In this document: piece after piece, positions 34,297 through 34,847 of the stretch | Position numbering within the stretch: the stretch's first letter is position 1 | Layout of the letters: each line of letters begins with the position of its first letter | Assembly: GCA_964564655.1 (NCBI GenBank) | Contig: CAZMBO010000001.1 | Location: 1-34,847 of the forward strand | Length of the DNA stretch: 34,847 nucleotides | DNA from: an uncultured Nitrospina sp. | Lineage (GTDB): Bacteria; Nitrospinota; Nitrospinia; Nitrospinales; VA-1 | Reading direction: 5' to 3' | Program-made: the position numbers and the translations under genes | Notes under the pieces: generated by a model | The model's database searches: none | What the model was told of the DNA's origin: nothing | What the model saw: the letters and a program-made list of their open reading frames with translations, nothing else

Positions 34297-34425
34297 ATGA
34301 AAAAGTTGGTAGCTTCCTTTATTTTGGTTTCATTAGTATTGTTTTTGTCTTCCTGTTCTATGGAGCAGAGGTGTTACGAAGGTGAATGTGAGCCACCTGA
34401 AGGCGTTGAAGAGAAACACGAATAA
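34297..34425 (+). CDS. Possible 42-aa Cys-rich lipoprotein
   Basis: An internal ATG at 34297 preceded by AGGAGA gives MKKLVASFILVSLVLFLSSCSMEQRCYEGECEPPEGVEEKHE. LSSC is lipobox-like. The longer 34237 start in the ORF track has no Shine-Dalgarno sequence. Confidence 0.45.
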   Translation: MKKLVASFILVSLVLFLSSCSMEQRCYEGECEPPEGVEEKHE

Positions 34426-34453
34426 GTTTATTTTTTACTGAATTCATTTGGAT

Positions 34454-34476
34454 GGCGGGGAGTTTTCCCGCCTTTT
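34454..34476 (+). terminator. Rho-independent terminator after the small lipoprotein ORF
   Basis: GGCGGG-gagtttt-CCCGCC followed by TTTT. Confidence 0.6.
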
Positions 34477-34542
34477 GAATGTCCTCTTTGCATTCTATCT
34501 ATCTTTCCTTGCGCTTAAGCAATTACCTTCTTTTCTAATACC

Positions 34543-34573
34543 TTGACAGCACATGTTCAAGGGATGTTAGAAT
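34543..34573 (+). promoter_or_regulatory. Candidate promoter with an extended -10 element
   Basis: TTGACA (34543-34548), a 19-nt spacer, then TGtTAGAAT (-10 at 34568-34573). The spacer is long. Confidence 0.35.
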
Positions 34574-34762
34574 ACTTCCTTAATTTACAATAATTCGACC
34601 TACATAAAGCCATCTTTGTCGAAATTTTGATAGTTGAATTTTCTTTTGAGCTAAGAATATGATGGGATGATTGAAAAATGATGGTTTGGTCTGGGACATG
34701 CTCTTATTATTTTCCCGATCAAACTTTTTTCTTTTTGATCATGGGAAAAAGAGAGGAAAAAA

Positions 34763-34847
34763 ATGACAGAAAAAACCCCTGTTACAGTGGATGAAGTACG
34801 AGATGCCCAAGACAACTTTAAAAATGGGACCACCCAGCATGAAAATA
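34763..34847 (+). CDS. 5' end of an unidentified gene that runs off the right edge
   Basis: An ATG at 34763 preceded by GAGAGGA gives MTEKTPVTVDEVRDAQDNFKNGTTQHEN..., open to the window end. The fragment is too short to identify. Confidence 0.4.
   Translation, partial: MTEKTPVTVDEVRDAQDNFKNGTTQHEN

Noticed and set aside
34651-34833. A 60-aa minus-strand ORF at the right edge.
   Set aside because: It overlaps the better-supported plus-strand gene start and its leader. It has no ribosome-binding site and its composition is not protein-like.
1-34847. A window-wide look for CRISPR arrays, IS elements, rRNA/tRNA genes, prophage genes or defence-system genes.
   Set aside because: I saw no regularly spaced repeats, no transposase/integrase other than XerC, no structured RNA genes, and no nuclease, helicase or methylase clusters. 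The window reads as core chromosome.

Overview
This is a densely packed chromosomal segment from an AT-rich bacterium (about 40% G+C by eye, not computed). I call about 32 protein-coding genes. I saw no rRNA, tRNA, CRISPR array, transposase, phage gene or toxin-antitoxin pair.

Most of the window is housekeeping:
- dnaE and an M16 peptidase.
- An 11-gene minus-strand block: xerC-hslV-hslU-argB, hrcA-grpE, mutM, a B12/radical-SAM enzyme, ilvD and an unknown ORF.
- birA, a polyprenyl diphosphate synthase, bpt, two GT2 glycosyltransferases, a HAD phosphatase and a dienelactone hydrolase.

The most interesting locus is a two-gene ATP-citrate-lyase-like operon (24127-28135), the key enzyme of the reverse TCA cycle. 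Both subunits are divergent. The large subunit is 904 aa, roughly 300 aa longer than the canonical AclA I remember. By eye the extra segment looks like a second, degenerate citrate-synthase-homology / citryl-CoA-lyase module. The operon has a good sigma70-type promoter, a 19-bp perfect palindrome in its leader and a clean intrinsic terminator.

Other items worth a second look:
- An orphan ethylbenzene-dehydrogenase-gamma / NxrC-like haem-b protein.
- A ribonuclease-inhibitor-type LRR protein.
- A TPR-fused trypsin-like domain that lacks the catalytic Ser, paired with a secreted unknown protein.
- Several family-less ORFs, one tightly coupled to ilvD and one just downstream of the ACL operon.

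The ACL genes plus the NxrC-like gene in an AT-rich genome make me guess a marine chemolithoautotroph, Nitrospinota- or Nitrospirota-like. That is inference only. All family assignments come from motifs I recognise in the supplied translations; no searches were run.
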